Shown piece after piece: positions 42,839-56,295 of a DNA stretch of 64,000 bases. Position 1 is the stretch's first letter; every line of letters begins with the position of its first letter. The position numbers and the translations under genes are program-made. The notes under the pieces are model-generated. The model had not been told where the DNA came from, did not search any database, and saw only the letters and a list, made by a program, of their open reading frames with translations. The stretch lies in assembly GCA_000165425.1 (NCBI GenBank), contig CT868296.1:124001-188000 (forward strand), given 5' to 3'. The DNA comes from Paramecium tetraurelia. Taxonomy: Eukaryota.

Positions 42839-44933
42839 TCATTTTTTGAGGGAGAAAAGTTTGCCAATAAAACCTGTATTATTATTAAAATAAAACATGG
42901 CTCCCATTACCAATAATAATACGAGCATCTAATAATAATCGATTGAATATCATACTTGCATCCAAAACTCTGTTGAAAATAAGGTTTTCTTCAAGAACGA
43001 AGACTCTTGTTTTGGTTTTACTGGTTCAGGATGTTATTTTAAGTATTCTTCTCTTTCTCTTTCTTCTTATTCCCTCTTTTTCTTAAAGTAATCTGTCATA
43101 GCATATTCAAACACCTAAAATATTGAATAAGAATATTACTTCGAAATTGAATTTTCCTTAACCAAAGATTTCAGTCACATTTTCTCTACAAAGTCTAATC
43201 AATCTTCTGACATATTTCCTGTCAGTAAAATTTATTTAGTGTTTGGTTACAAGTTCTTTAAGTATCTCATCATTTTCATAATCAATTAGATCCAAATTCA
43301 TATAGAATGACATTGTTTGTACAGTTTCTAGGAGTCTTTATAATTCCTATTTTGCAATCTTAACTTAATCATATTTCTTTTATTCCTAAAGATATGAATT
43401 ATTTTATTACAGCGTAAAACTCAATTATTCTATAATATTTGTTAACCATTTCTTTAACAATTTCATATTCTTGATGTTCTTGTGTCAATTGTGGCATACA
43501 CACTCTATATAAGAATTGCTTGTCTGTTTCATTTTGTTATTGAATCAAATCATCTGGATCAACGACATCGGTAACACCTTCTTCATAGGGTACTTTGCCA
43601 TCTTCGATCATCTCTTACTCAATTTCATCGATTTCCTTGGCTCTTAAGAATAGTGGTTCCACTATTTCTTGAACCCACTATTTCTTTAATTTCAATGCTT
43701 CCATAACTCTGTGTGCATGTTCAACATAGATTTCTTTGGCATTTTCTAAGCCCATCAACTTCAATATTCCAGGACCTTATTTGAAAATGTTTTCAACGTT
43801 AGACAAACTAATAGCTTTCTCAATAAGTTCTTTTGCTCTTAGTAGATCTTTATAAGTAGACCATTTATCATATAAAATCGCTTAAGAATACCTAAATAAA
43901 TATTATGAATTTTCTTTCTAAATAACACCTGCATCATCCAAGATCTTTCTTGCTAAATCGAAATGCGACATCTTCATATAACAAACAGACATATTGAGAT
44001 ACAGACCATACATTATGGAATTACACATTTCTTTATCAGCCTCATCCTAAAGGAAATGAATAAATTGGTTACTTGAATATGCTCAACTCCATTGTATTTA
44101 ACATTTTCATCAGTGTAAATAGTCATTAATGATTTGTATTATTTTTTGAATTCCTTTTATTCTTTCCTATATTATTTGGCTGATTTTTTCATATCTTCCA
44201 GTTCCTTTCTCTCCTTTTCAGTCATATTTGAGGTGTCTTATTATTGATTTGCTTCCTCCTCATCAGATTCTTCCTCAGGGGGCTCTACTACCTCCAAGTA
44301 ACGGAAACATCCCAAGGCTCTTTCATAATATCTAATAGCCTCATCATATTCTTATTTTTGCAATAGTTTATTTCCTGGTAATGAAAATTATTAATACCTT
44401 TTTCTCTAAACTTATCATAAACAAAAAATCTTTAGGCCACTTCGCATTGTCTGAGTTTTTTTGTGTTTTCGTCATCATGAAACAATGTACTTTTTAAATA
44501 AGTTGGATATGTATCGAATACTTTCCTTCTATCCTTAATTGGACCTAAGATTGAATATTAGAGAGCCTTACCTTTTTTAACTTCCTTAGAATCAAATGCC
44601 AACATCCACAATCCACGAGTATCAAGTAGATAATTCAAAGGACTTATATAATAAGTGTCATATTATTCTTCAAGGTGGCCTAGTGGGCGGATTTCTTTTT
44701 TTTTCACTCGACATAAATGGACATCCTCCTTTGGGTTACTTTTCTTTTTTCTCTTTTTTCTTTTCAGCACTTCCATCTGCAATTTTGATCTCTGGTTGCT
44801 GCGGCATTTACTGGAAAGGACATTTGGATTTATCTGTATACTTTTCATGTCCTTTGGGAGGCTTCATTGCTTCTGAAAAAGGACAAGAACCAAATTCAAT
44901 ATCTTTCTTCTAGGAACCTTAATTGCCTTGCAT
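42839..44933 (-). CDS. TPR-repeat protein with N-terminal CPF motifs and C-terminal tail anchor
   Basis: TPRs (KGNKLLQKQEYDEAIRYYERAL; LYLNMSVCYMKMSHFDLA), three CPF motifs, and a hydrophobic C-terminus MLVLLLVMGAMFYF...LKK*. Several short introns. Confidence 0.85.
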
Positions 44934-46361
44934 TGATTTCAAATATATTTTTAATTATGTATAATGTTTTCTTTGGGTGGAGTTCTTAAATTATATAAAA
45001 TATATTTATTCACTGGTCCATGTCAATCATTTTCAAAATTGTTTAAACATGTTTATTATCATCCTTATTTTTATTTACCTCAAAAACGGAAGCTGCTTTC
45101 TTTCCCATAATATCTTTCAAATCGATTAATTTACCAGATTCCCCCTCCTCCCATCCAATATTTATCTATTTCTACCAAAATAGAACTCGAAGTCCACAAA
45201 TAATGTATACCTTTACTAATTTATGTTGTCCTCATTCAAATCTTAGTGATATCGGAGCTTATTGTATGAATCATATTGTTGATCATATGTGTGGTCATAT
45301 ATATATAAATTCATGTCAGATCCTGAGATTTATCAAGAACATTTTATTAAGAATTTAAATGACTCGAAATTGGCACTAGAACTAGTTTTATAATTTCAGT
45401 TTCTGAGAACTATCATAAACACTTCGAGAAACTATCTTATTCTACTTTCTTTATACTTATAATCGAATAAATAAACAATGTTTGAACTATGTTAATTTAT
45501 AAATTGTTAAGTTTTTAGTTATAAACAAATAATGATATTCAAGATTATTCCAACCATAAAATTTTCCTATGCGAATTCCCCAGAATATTAATTGTACATC
45601 TCTCAAATATATTCTTTATGTCAATTAGAATAAGGAATTCAACGCTTTTTTATAATCATGCCCATTCATAAACGTATAAAGTAAAGATAAAGTTGAAATG
45701 AAAAGTTTGGAATGGAAATGGTAATGCATAATTATATAAATGTAAAAGGGACAATGTTTTCGGGATAAGTATGGGAATTTCGTATGGTTAAATCTTAAAG
45801 AAATTATTTCTAATTGTTCTGATTTATTAAGTGTTAATTTGGTCGTTGAATTTTTAATGATGATAAAAAAATAAATCATATTGGCTTTGTTATATCATAA
45901 TATGGGTCTTCTATTGGTCTTATGGATTACATATTTTTAAATAATTTATTACAAACATTAATTATGCCAAAAATTTCTATTTTCCATAGATTTGAGATAT
46001 TAATCGTTGATTTATATAAATTTACCAATATTGTTATTAAAATTGTTGATTTGTCCTTTAAGAATGGGATATGAAATTTAATTTACAAATTATAAATTTA
46101 TTTCAAGAAAAATTGCAAAAAGATTTCAAAATTAAAATTAAGGATAAAATAATTCATCTAATTATGCATTGTTAAAAGACTTGGAAATTATATAAATCAT
46201 AAATAACTTAATATAATTATGTTAAATAGCAAATCGAAATCTGTTAATATATTATTAAATTTCTTTTAGACCTTTTCAACTAATTATTTTTATATCAATT
46301 GTTTTTACAGTTAATTTTTTATTTATACATTTCATTAATTTTAAATTCAAATTTACACAAA

Positions 46362-49300
46362 ATGAAGAAATCATTCAAAGAAGAAGCAATGCCTCTTATT
46401 TTTTACTAATAAGAAACTCAAAGTAAATATTCGCTAAATCATCAAAGCTTATCAAGTAAACCCTGATGCGATTGAAATAATAAAAAATATTCCATCACCA
46501 ATAGGAATTGTAGGTGTGGCAGGTATGTATAGAACTGGAAAATCATACCTTTTGAATAGAATGCTATTAAATAGATCAGATGGTTTTGGAGTTGGTCCAA
46601 CAGTGTTGCCATGTACTAAGGGACTTTGGATGTGGGGCAAACCATTATTAGGTTAAACAAGTGATGGAGAAAGTTGTTCAATCTTGGTTGTAGATAGCGA
46701 AGGATTGGGGGCTCCAGATGAAGATTCGACACATGACATCAGAATTTTCTCTTTAACTATTCTATTGACATCATGTTTCATCTACAATTCAGTTGGCAGT
46801 ATCGATGAAAATGCTCTCCAAAACCTTAGTCTTGTAGTCAATCTGACTAAAAATATTTAATTAAAGAGGTAAATATTAATTTGTGATTTTTAGTGGGTAA
46901 TCACCTCAAGAGCTTGAAGATTTGTCTTAATACTTTCCTCAATTTTATTGGGTTGTGAGAGACTTTACTCTATAGTTGGTAGATAAGAACAGAGAATAAA
47001 TTACATCCAAGGATTATTTAGAAAATGCCCTTGTCATCTAAAAGGGATCCTCAGAAGGAATTGATCAAAAAAATAAGATTAGAAAATTGTTAACTACATT
47101 CTTCAAGGATAGAGATTGTATCACATTGGTAAGGCCTTTGACTGAAGAGAGCAGTCTCCAAAATCTAGAGAACTTAGATTTCGATAAGTTAAGACCTGAA
47201 TTCTTTGAATAGGTTATTAATCTGCGAAAAAAAATACTCAATAGAATAAGGCCAAAAATGCTCAATGGAAAGACACTTTCTGGTTAAATGTATTGTGATT
47301 TAATTCGTTCTTATGTTACAGCCATTAATAATGGAGCTGTGCCTGCCATTGAATCTGCTTGGACTTATATTTGCAAGAATGAATGTTAAAAAGCTGTTGC
47401 TGAAGCATTTGATACTTATGAATAAATCCTTAAGGAAAATCTTCATAACAGGTTTCCAATTTCTAATGAAGATTTGAAAGCATTTAATAGAAGTCTTAGA
47501 GAATAAGCATTTGCATTATTCAAAAAGAAATGTGTTGGGGATGCTGACGAATACAAATTAGAATTATAAAGAAGAATTAAATAACGATTTGCTGCAGTGA
47601 AATAAGAAAATGATAGAGAAGGTTCAAGAATGTGTTCTTAATTTATTTAATAAGAATTCTAGCCTATAGATAGAAAACTTAAAATGGGAGAATACAAATC
47701 TTTTGGAGAGTATGAAAAAGACATCAAGATGTTTTATAATTTTTTTATTGAAAATGGACCTAGAGTGGGAACTAGAAACTAAATCATTTTAGAATTTCTA
47801 TAAAGAGCCTTAATTGAAGGATCAAATTTATTTATTAGATAGTATGCTCAAGAGACAGATATGATGAAAAATGTTGCTTTTGAAACCTAGAAAAAATTAG
47901 AATAAGAATTGAAAGAAGCAAGATAGGATAGTTTGAAAGATAAAAATAATCTGTTGATGAAATTGGCACAAGTAGAAAGTGAAAAAAGTGATTTAGAACT
48001 CAGGGAATAGGTTGCTAGAGATAATTTAGAAGAACTTAAAATATAAAAGGAATAAGTTGAAAGGGATTTAAAATTAGAATCTGAAAATGAAAAAATTGAA
48101 TTAACTAGACAGATTTAAGAATTAAAGGGATAAGTTCTAAAAGCAGAAGAATTTAATAAGGATATGGAGAGGAATACTCTTTTTGGAAACTCTGAGTTTG
48201 AGAAAGAAAGGGCTCTTTTGGAATAAAAAATCACCTTCTTTGAAAAATTAGTCAATGAGATGAATGCAAAGGAAGTTGATTATTAGAATGAAATTAAGAA
48301 TCTCAGAAAAGAACATAGTCTATAATCAAAAGATTAGTAAACTAAGTCTGACTAAACGGTGAGATAATTATAATAGAAACTCAGTGATTTATAAGAGAAA
48401 TTGAATGAGATGGAGAATGAATTAATTGAGAAGGAATCCAATTTTGAAAATGATTTCAAAAAGTTTGAACACAAAGAAAGAAGTTTAACAAAATAAAATC
48501 TTGAATAAAATGAATAAATTTAAGCATTGACTAGAGAAATCAGAGAATATAAGAGAAATGAGGAATAGATGTAATAAATGTTGAAGAGTGATGCTAATAA
48601 TTAAGTCAATGAATTACTAGAAAAGGTTCAAGGATTGGAAGATCTTATCAAAACTAAGGATGATCAATTGAAATAAGCAAAAAGCCATAGTGAAAAAGAT
48701 AAGGCTTTGATGTAATAAAAGATGGAATTCATGGAGGTTTAATTGGATGAATACAAAAAATAAATTGAAGAAAACAAAAAATCACATGAGGCAATTATGA
48801 AGGCTTTTGAGAATTCAAGCAATGAATCAACTTACAAGATTGATGCGGCCAAAATGAATGACTTAAGAGAACAACATAAGAGAGATCTTAAAAATATAGA
48901 GAATGAATATGAAAGTGTGAAGAAGAGATTATAATAATAAGTAGATCAATTGAATGAGAGAAATAGTGAATTGGAACTCAAGGTCAAGTTTGAGACAGGA
49001 GATCTCATTAATGAAATTGAGAATCTTAAAGAATAACTTTAAACATCAGAAGAACAAAAAAATAAACTACTAGAATAGAACAAGACTTTAGATGGATAGA
49101 AATTATCAATCTTGAAAGAATAAGAGTTAAGATATTAGAAGAAAATTAAATAATTGGAATAGGCTATGGATGAAGCAGACACAAAAACAGCTAGAGAAGT
49201 TAATTAAGCTCAAGCAAAAGCAGAGGAATCCTTAACATAGTTAAAGAACTTCTATGAAATTGAAAGGGAAAGATTGGAAAGAAGAATCTGCGAAGAAAAA

Positions 49301-51347
49301 GAAAAAAGCGATAAGAAATTCTAAGCTGCTTAAGAAGAATTCTATCATAAGCTCAGAGAAACTGAATAAAATTATGAGGAAGAAATTGAAACTCTAAAGG
49401 ATGATTTAAGAGATTAAGTATAACAGTATACAAATACAATTTAATAATATGATCATGAGATTGCCTTGAAATAGTAAACCATTGAGATTTTTGAAAAACA
49501 CATTAAAGAAATTAAAGAGTAACTTATATCCCTTTAGAATAACAACAATACTACTTTAGAATAATAAATGAACTCCTTCACTACAGAAAGAAAAAGTTTA
49601 ATTTCGAAAAATGATGTTCTATCAAGTTAATTGAATAATCTACAAAAAGAACACATGGCATTATAATAAAAGAAGGATCTTTTGGAAAATGAGAAAACAA
49701 GGAAAGAATAACAATTTGAATAATCAAGAAAAGAATGGTAAGAGGAAAAGAGAGAACTGATAGATAGATTAGAAGAAACAAAATAAAGACTACAAAAAAT
49801 GAATGATGAATTCTTGGAGAAGAAGATTGAATATGGCAGAGAAACAGCATTAACTTAATAATAAAATGAATTTTTATAGAAAAAAATTGAAGATCTTTAA
49901 AAACAAATAGATACATAGTAATCAAGGTTTGATGAGAAAATTAAATAATAAAAGAACGAGTATTCAGTTGAATTAGAATAAAAATTGGAAAGAGCTTAAG
50001 AGGAAAAAACAGCTATTGAAACTAAGTATGAGAAGATTAAGAAATAATTGAAGGAAAACGAATATCAATATAATAAATAAGCATCTACTTTAGAAAGAGA
50101 GAAAGCCATTCTAACTGAAAAGTTAGGACAATTAGATTCAAGAAAAAATGAACTAGAATCAAAAATAAAGGATGAGTCTGCTAGCGTTGCTTAATATTAG
50201 ACTGCTTTGAGAGAATAAATAGCTGCAGAGAAGAAATCATTACAATAAGAATTAGAAAAATATAAATAGTTTAATCTTTAATTGGAATAGGAGAAGAGCG
50301 AAATCCATACCAGTTATGAAAGAGATAAAGCTTTATGGGAAGGAAAATTTTAATTTTTGGAATAACAAAAGGAATAGGCAAAATAAGATTTGATGGATGC
50401 ATTAAAAAAGTTTGAGATGACTTTGATGCATCTATAAAGGGCTAGATCAAACGAAAAGGATGAGTAAGAAAATAATTTAAATGAGTTATTATTAAGTGTT
50501 GAGAGAAAATATTAATCATAAATTGAAGAAGCTAATCAAACTCATTAAAGAATAGTTTAAGATTATGAGGATAAAATTAGAAGATTATAAAAAGAGGTTA
50601 AAACTCATAGAGATAAGATATTAATTGATTAACATGGAAAAATTGGTAATCAATTATTGTCAGAGAAAAAGTTTGCTGAAATGTTAGATAATGAAAAGAG
50701 GTTATAATAGGAAATTGAAAATATTAAGTAAGATAGGGATTATAAGATTTTTGAATATTAAAAGATGTTAGAATAAGAAAGAGAGAACTTGAAGGCTAAA
50801 ATAGTAGAATTAGAAACAAAATATAAGGAGGTTGAAAACAAAAGATCCACTCTTATTTTTGAGTTTGAAAAAGAGAGAGCCAAATGGAATTTAGATAGAG
50901 ATCATTTAAATAACATAAAAACTGAATTATCAGATTAATTAGAAAAGTTAAGTGATAAAAAAGAATAGCTTCTAAGAGAAAATGAAAAACTAAAAAATGA
51001 ATAAAGAGCTACAAGACGTAGTGTTGCAGCCCATAATATGACAAGTAATAATATAAAGACCGGCAATACATATAGAAATCCAATAAACAATATTTCAAGT
51101 ATATAATTTTCATATAATTTAAGCTATTGGACTTTAAAAACTAAGTCCAACTCATTCTAATAACACATCTACATCTTCAGCAAATATATCAGTTCTTAAA
51201 AAAAATAATTTAGCTGATATAACTAATTATGAAAAGACTGCTCCTTTGACATAGTAATCATTTCAAAATAGCAAATTTTATTATTATGGGAACTAATAAG
51301 GACAGAACGATGACTCAATGATTGGATAGTGTGAATTTTAAAAATGA
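46362..51347 (+). CDS. Guanylate-binding protein (GBP/atlastin family) with very long coiled coil (~1,640 aa)
   Basis: VAGMYRTGKSYLLN (G1), CTKGLWMW (G2), VDSEGL (G3) and WVVRDF (G4), followed by a long E/K/Q heptad region. Three ~25-nt introns. Confidence 0.95.
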
Positions 51348-51568
51348 TATAATTATATATATATATATAATAGTGGTTATCTTAAATTGCTTCATAATTT
51401 TCACTTGGACCCAAATTTATAACATAAATATAGTTAGGACTTGAAATTTATAGCTGTCAAATTAACTTCATGAACCTACTTTCAATTTGTTTTAAAAATG
51501 ATAATATTCTTAAAATTCACGATTTCTTATAAAAGTTATTAAATAAATTTAGATAATTTAATTTATTT

Positions 51569-51580
51569 AAAAAATAAAAA
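51569..51580 (-). terminator. RNA polymerase III oligo-T terminator of the tRNA gene
   Basis: TTTTTATTTTTT begins a few nt after the tRNA discriminator base on the minus strand. Confidence 0.7.
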
Positions 51581-51584
51581 TTTA

Positions 51585-51658
51585 CGCCCGAACAGGGTCT
51601 CGATCCCTGGACCTAGAGATTAAGAGTCTCTCGCTCTACCAAGCTGAGCTATCCGGGC
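51585..51658 (-). tRNA. tRNA-Lys (anticodon CTT)
   Basis: GCCCGGATAGCTCAGCTTGGTAGAGCGAGAGACTCTTAATCTCTAGGTCCAGGGATCGAGACCCTGTTCGGGCG folds as a cloverleaf; anticodon arm AGAGA-CTCTTAA-TCTCT. Confidence 0.95.
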
Positions 51659-51887
51659 GTATTGATATTTAGTTCGTTGATATTCCTATAAGGACCTTGA
51701 GAATTACAACTAATCATATAATTTAAAGTTTTTATTAAAGTAAATATATTTTGTTTATTTAATGGTTAATTAAATAAATTGATTAAACTTAAAAGTAGGA
51801 AGAACTCAATTTAAAAGAAGGTCAAACCATCTTAAGAAAAAATACAATAAAAAATTATTTAAAATAATTTATATATATTGGTAATAA

Positions 51888-52701
51888 ATGGATTAAAATA
51901 ATAACCAAGAAGTTCAGAATGAAATATAGTATCCATTTTAGTAAATGCTATCAGAGGATCAATTTCATTTGTTTGAAAACGTTAAGGTGAAGCTGATTGG
52001 TTAAAATGGAAAGGAAATCGAATTCACTCCAAATTCTGGAAACCTACTTATTACAAATGAGAGATTGTGTTGGTACAGTTTAGCATAAAGTAATGAATCA
52101 TTAACAAATGAATAATTGAAAAAAGATATACAAATTGAAAAAACACAAGAGAATGGTTCTTTGGTTTCTAATTTGAATGGAAAATCGTTTATGTTTAATT
52201 ACGAAACCCTAGTCTCACATGGCTAATAAGGGGATTAGTTTATGTGTTTTTTAGGGTCACAAGAGGAGGAAGAGATGGAATTAGAAGAAGAATAAGAAGA
52301 ATTAATTGAATTAATTTAGTAATAAAATCCAGCTGAAATAGTAAATTTAGGAAAGGGTGAATATTAGGTAAGCATATATTTAGAGATAGATATATTTTGA
52401 TCTTAGTAAATAATCAAAGGAAACATAAAATAAAATAAATGAGATTTTTACAGAATTAGCAACAGCAAATGTAGAGATGGAAGATGAAGGAGATGAATTT
52501 ATGGATGAAATGATTACAGCTGACAATATCGATTAAGATGGAAATATTATTGTTAAAAAAAAGTAGTAATAAGAAGGGGAAGAAATAGAAGATAATGATG
52601 AAGATTATGAAGATGTAGATGATGAAGAAGAAGAAGAAGAAGAAGAAGAAGAGGAAGATAATTAATTTGTTAATAAAAAGAATAATTAAGAATAAAATTG
52701 A
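51888..52701 (+). CDS. pICln/methylosome-subunit-like protein (PH-like fold, acidic tail)
   Basis: GNLLITNERLCW...FMFNYETLVSHG...INEIFTELA pattern, an acidic loop and an E/D-rich C-terminus. One intron. Confidence 0.7.
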
Positions 52702-52705
52702 TTTT

Positions 52706-53758
52706 TCATTTCAATATAATTTCATCAACACAGGATTCTATTCCCATTAATTATTGGACATCTTTATTGTTAGCAAGTTCAAATTGTTTGTATCTAGGAA
52801 CGATAAAGCTTCTGAATTTAAATTCTTTTTCCAAACTTTATGCATCTCCTTCTTTACAAATTTTAGTGCTTTTACCCTAAAAGTAGCATTACTCAAACAA
52901 CTCAACACAATTCTTATCTGATATTATCAAATCTTCATCTATGATATAAGCCAAAATTGAAACTTAGGCTTATACTAATTGTGCATCGTTCCCTAGATAT
53001 CAGTTAATTAAATTACAAGTTCCAATTTCTGCTAATACTTTGTCATCATATTTTAGGTTTTGTAATTGGATCTTGATTGATTAACTCTTGAATAGAAATT
53101 CAGTAATACCACCAATCAAAATTGGTTAATTTACATTCAGATCATATGAAAAATTAATAAATGCTTTGCCTTTCTGTTCTTTAAGCCAAGGATGATTATT
53201 AGACACAGAAAAAGGAATAAATTTAGGATACAAAGCATGTTTTGACCCAGATATAATACACAACTTTATCATTTTGACAGAATTTGTGACTTACAAATAT
53301 GCATTTCCATTATCGATCTTTTCTACTTAGATTCCAACTTGACTAGAACTACCTTACAAACCTATGATTGAGTATGCAAAATTATCCTCGTAAACAGGAA
53401 CAATCAGTTATTATTTGAAAGATGTATAATAAGCCACTTCAACTCTTGGATCAAAAATTGCTAGCCATTAAACCTGTAGAGTTATTGGATCATTGATGTA
53501 TTTCCTATAAATTAATTTGAACCCTTTAGTATTCACATCTGTTATATCAATTTCAAACCCATATTTCTAACCAGCCATTGATAGCTTAGTTAAGGTAATG
53601 TAGATGACAGGGGCCTCCAAAAAAGCTTCTGAAAATTTGATGTCTTGAATTAGAGTCTCATCTTCTAAGGTGATGCTTTTCTCAGTTTATGACTCAGCTT
53701 TGACTTTGTCATAAGCAAATGTTATTGTTATTAGAAGAATTAAAAAACGAAAATTCAT
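52706..53758 (-). CDS. Secreted protein with H-type-lectin-like domains and a C-terminal beta/gamma-crystallin-like motif
   Basis: Signal peptide MNFRFLILLITITFA; IKFSEAFLEAPVIYITL...DITDVNTKG (H-lectin-like); CVELFEQCYFQGKSTKIC...FRSFIVP (Greek-key-like). Confidence 0.7.
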
Positions 53759-53800
53759 TAAGTTTATAAAATATAATAAAATAGATAGGATTATTTAATT

Positions 53801-55478
53801 ATGCTTTCAGAGCTATTTACATTTTATAAGGAGAAGAAAGATAATTCTTATATGTTGTTTGGGAAATAAAATAATAAAGAACATGCAGACATGTTTACAA
53901 CATTTAGAACTCAATTGAAACCTTAATTTCGAAGCATCATCAATCACTTTCTGAATAAGTTGTAACTCAAATAAAATGCTTAATAAATAATAAAGTAGAA
54001 CTTGAGCAGTTTCTATATTTGGAAAAATCAAAAATAGGAAGTAGAGGTTTTCTATATCGATGCATCTCTAACTTCAGAAATTAAGTATAAAAATCAAATT
54101 TCAGATGAGACCTATAAATAATTTTATGAAATCCTATTGGGTTTAAGTAATTTGAACATTCAAGATGTATAACAAGAGATAATAACAACCGCCAATTTTT
54201 TTAAAGAAATTGATCAATTGTATCATAATATTGCTGTGGTTATCTAGAAAGAATAAAAAAAAGGAAATACGGATTAGTAATTTATATCCTTAAAAATTCT
54301 AACTAGGGGCTCTTTCATTTTAAGGCCAAGTGGAGATTTGTAATTAATTTATTATAAATAGAATTAAATTACCTAAAATAAGTAATGATAAGTATAATTT
54401 TAATCACACATACATTTACATATCTACTAGAATTCCTTTTTGTAATCCAAATTTGGGAGATTTAGATTAAACTGTGTTTAGATACACAGGATCGATAGAT
54501 TAATAAACTTTTTTACCTAATGGGTAAGGAGTACTTGATTGTGATGAAACTTTTTAATTTCAATGTAAATTTGTGGATGGATTGGCAACTGGAAAAGGCT
54601 GTTTAGATTTAAAATTCTAAAAACAAAAGTTTGAAGGCCAATTTTAGAACGGACTTAAACATGGAGAATCAATAACCAGTAATCCCAATTAAACTATAAC
54701 CACTGGATACTATTAGAATAATATGAAATAAGGAATATTCATTAATAAAATACAGAATGGATCCATTGTGAAAGAAATCTATTATAAAAATGATTTAACA
54801 GTGAAATAAAAGGATGAATGTAAATTTGATGAAAAAACGATCTGTACAAGATATTTAGTTAATCATAAGGATATTTCAATAAATAATCACTTTTTTTCAG
54901 GATTGACTGAGGAGAAATGGATAAATTAATTATTAGTTGATTACTATCTAAGGCTCTTGTCTGATTATTATAAAACTTCCTCAAAAGCATAGATATATCT
55001 ATTTAATACATCATAGTCACAAGATTTGTTTACAAGCTAAATCAGTTTAGTGGATTAAAAAAGTCTAAAAGTACCATAGAAGCATGAATAGGTAATTAAT
55101 GACTTCTAAAAGTATAACAAAATAATATTTATTTTGAATGCTGATTAAGTACATTTTTTAGTTTTAGTATACTAAAATAAATCATTGTATATGCTAAATT
55201 CTTATGCAACCTAGAATGATTAAAAAATATTATAGGCTGTAGGTTCTATATTTCCTATATAACTGAATCTATAATAGATATAAGTTGAATAGCAATAGAA
55301 TACTTATGACTGTTCCTTGTATTCAATTTATAATGTGATGCTGCAATACAAGTATTATAATCTGGATGTTGAAAAAATTGATTATAGAGTCTCATACAAG
55401 TACATTAAAAAACTGAGATTACATCTGAAAAATATTATAAGCAATGATTATGCCCACATAATCCTTCAATAAGATTGA
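53801..55478 (+). CDS. MORN-repeat + Ulp1/SENP (C48) peptidase-like fusion protein
   Basis: MORN repeats (LPNGQG...FEGQFQNGLKHG), then KWINQLLVDYYL...ILNADQVHFLVLVY...MLNS...QQQNTYDCSLY. Intron 54340-54361. Confidence 0.8.
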
Positions 55479-55550
55479 TTTGTAATTTTAGTAATAATAA
55501 TTTTATTATTACAAAATAATATAAATAACATATTTAACATTTCACATTTA

Positions 55551-56295
55551 TCAATAGTTAGTAGGATTAGGTCTCTATTCATGAGCAGAATACCTTTTTT
55601 TATTATCATCTATTATTATGTATTTAAAAGTATTTACTTCTTTTTTTTAGCCTATCTTCTAATGCATTCTTTTGATTATCAAGATCTTTTTGCATGAGTT
55701 CATCGAACTGAGCAACATGATCGTCATAATCTTATAAGATCTGCTAGGCCTTGTCATATTCTTTCTCTAATCTATCATGCATAGTTAGAAAAGTAGCTAA
55801 AGAGTTTCTGACTTAGGGTTTGTTCATATTCATATATGCTTCCATTTCTTCTACATTTGTTTGCTTGCAATAAGATTATTGACTTTTGTCTAACATTTGT
55901 TGCAATTAAGCATCATCACTTTTTTAAATGCATTATCTAACTTATGGTTACTCTAACAAGCTATTAACTTTATCCTTAAAATAGATCATAAGTCCATCTT
56001 AACCTTAGAGCTATTCAATAATAATAAGATAGCTGTCAATTAAGGTTCGTATTAACTCTATGTTGGGAGTATGTAGTTGGGATTGTTTTGGCTCTAATGA
56101 CAATAACGATATATAGAATTCTGGAGGTAAGACTTATTTGTTTTGATTAATTTATTAGTGTTCCTTTTTCATTTCTGTAAAGTAGTTCATAGCAGCCCTG
56201 CTATTAACTTAATTCTATTTTGATTTTGGGAAGATCAACAGTCTAGGAGATTTTTATTCAACTTATAGTTTCTTCTAATTCATATAATTGTTCAT
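55551..56295 (-). CDS. Hypothetical coiled-coil protein
   Basis: Open code-6 frame with one 3' intron and TGA at 55551-55553. Confidence 0.7.
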
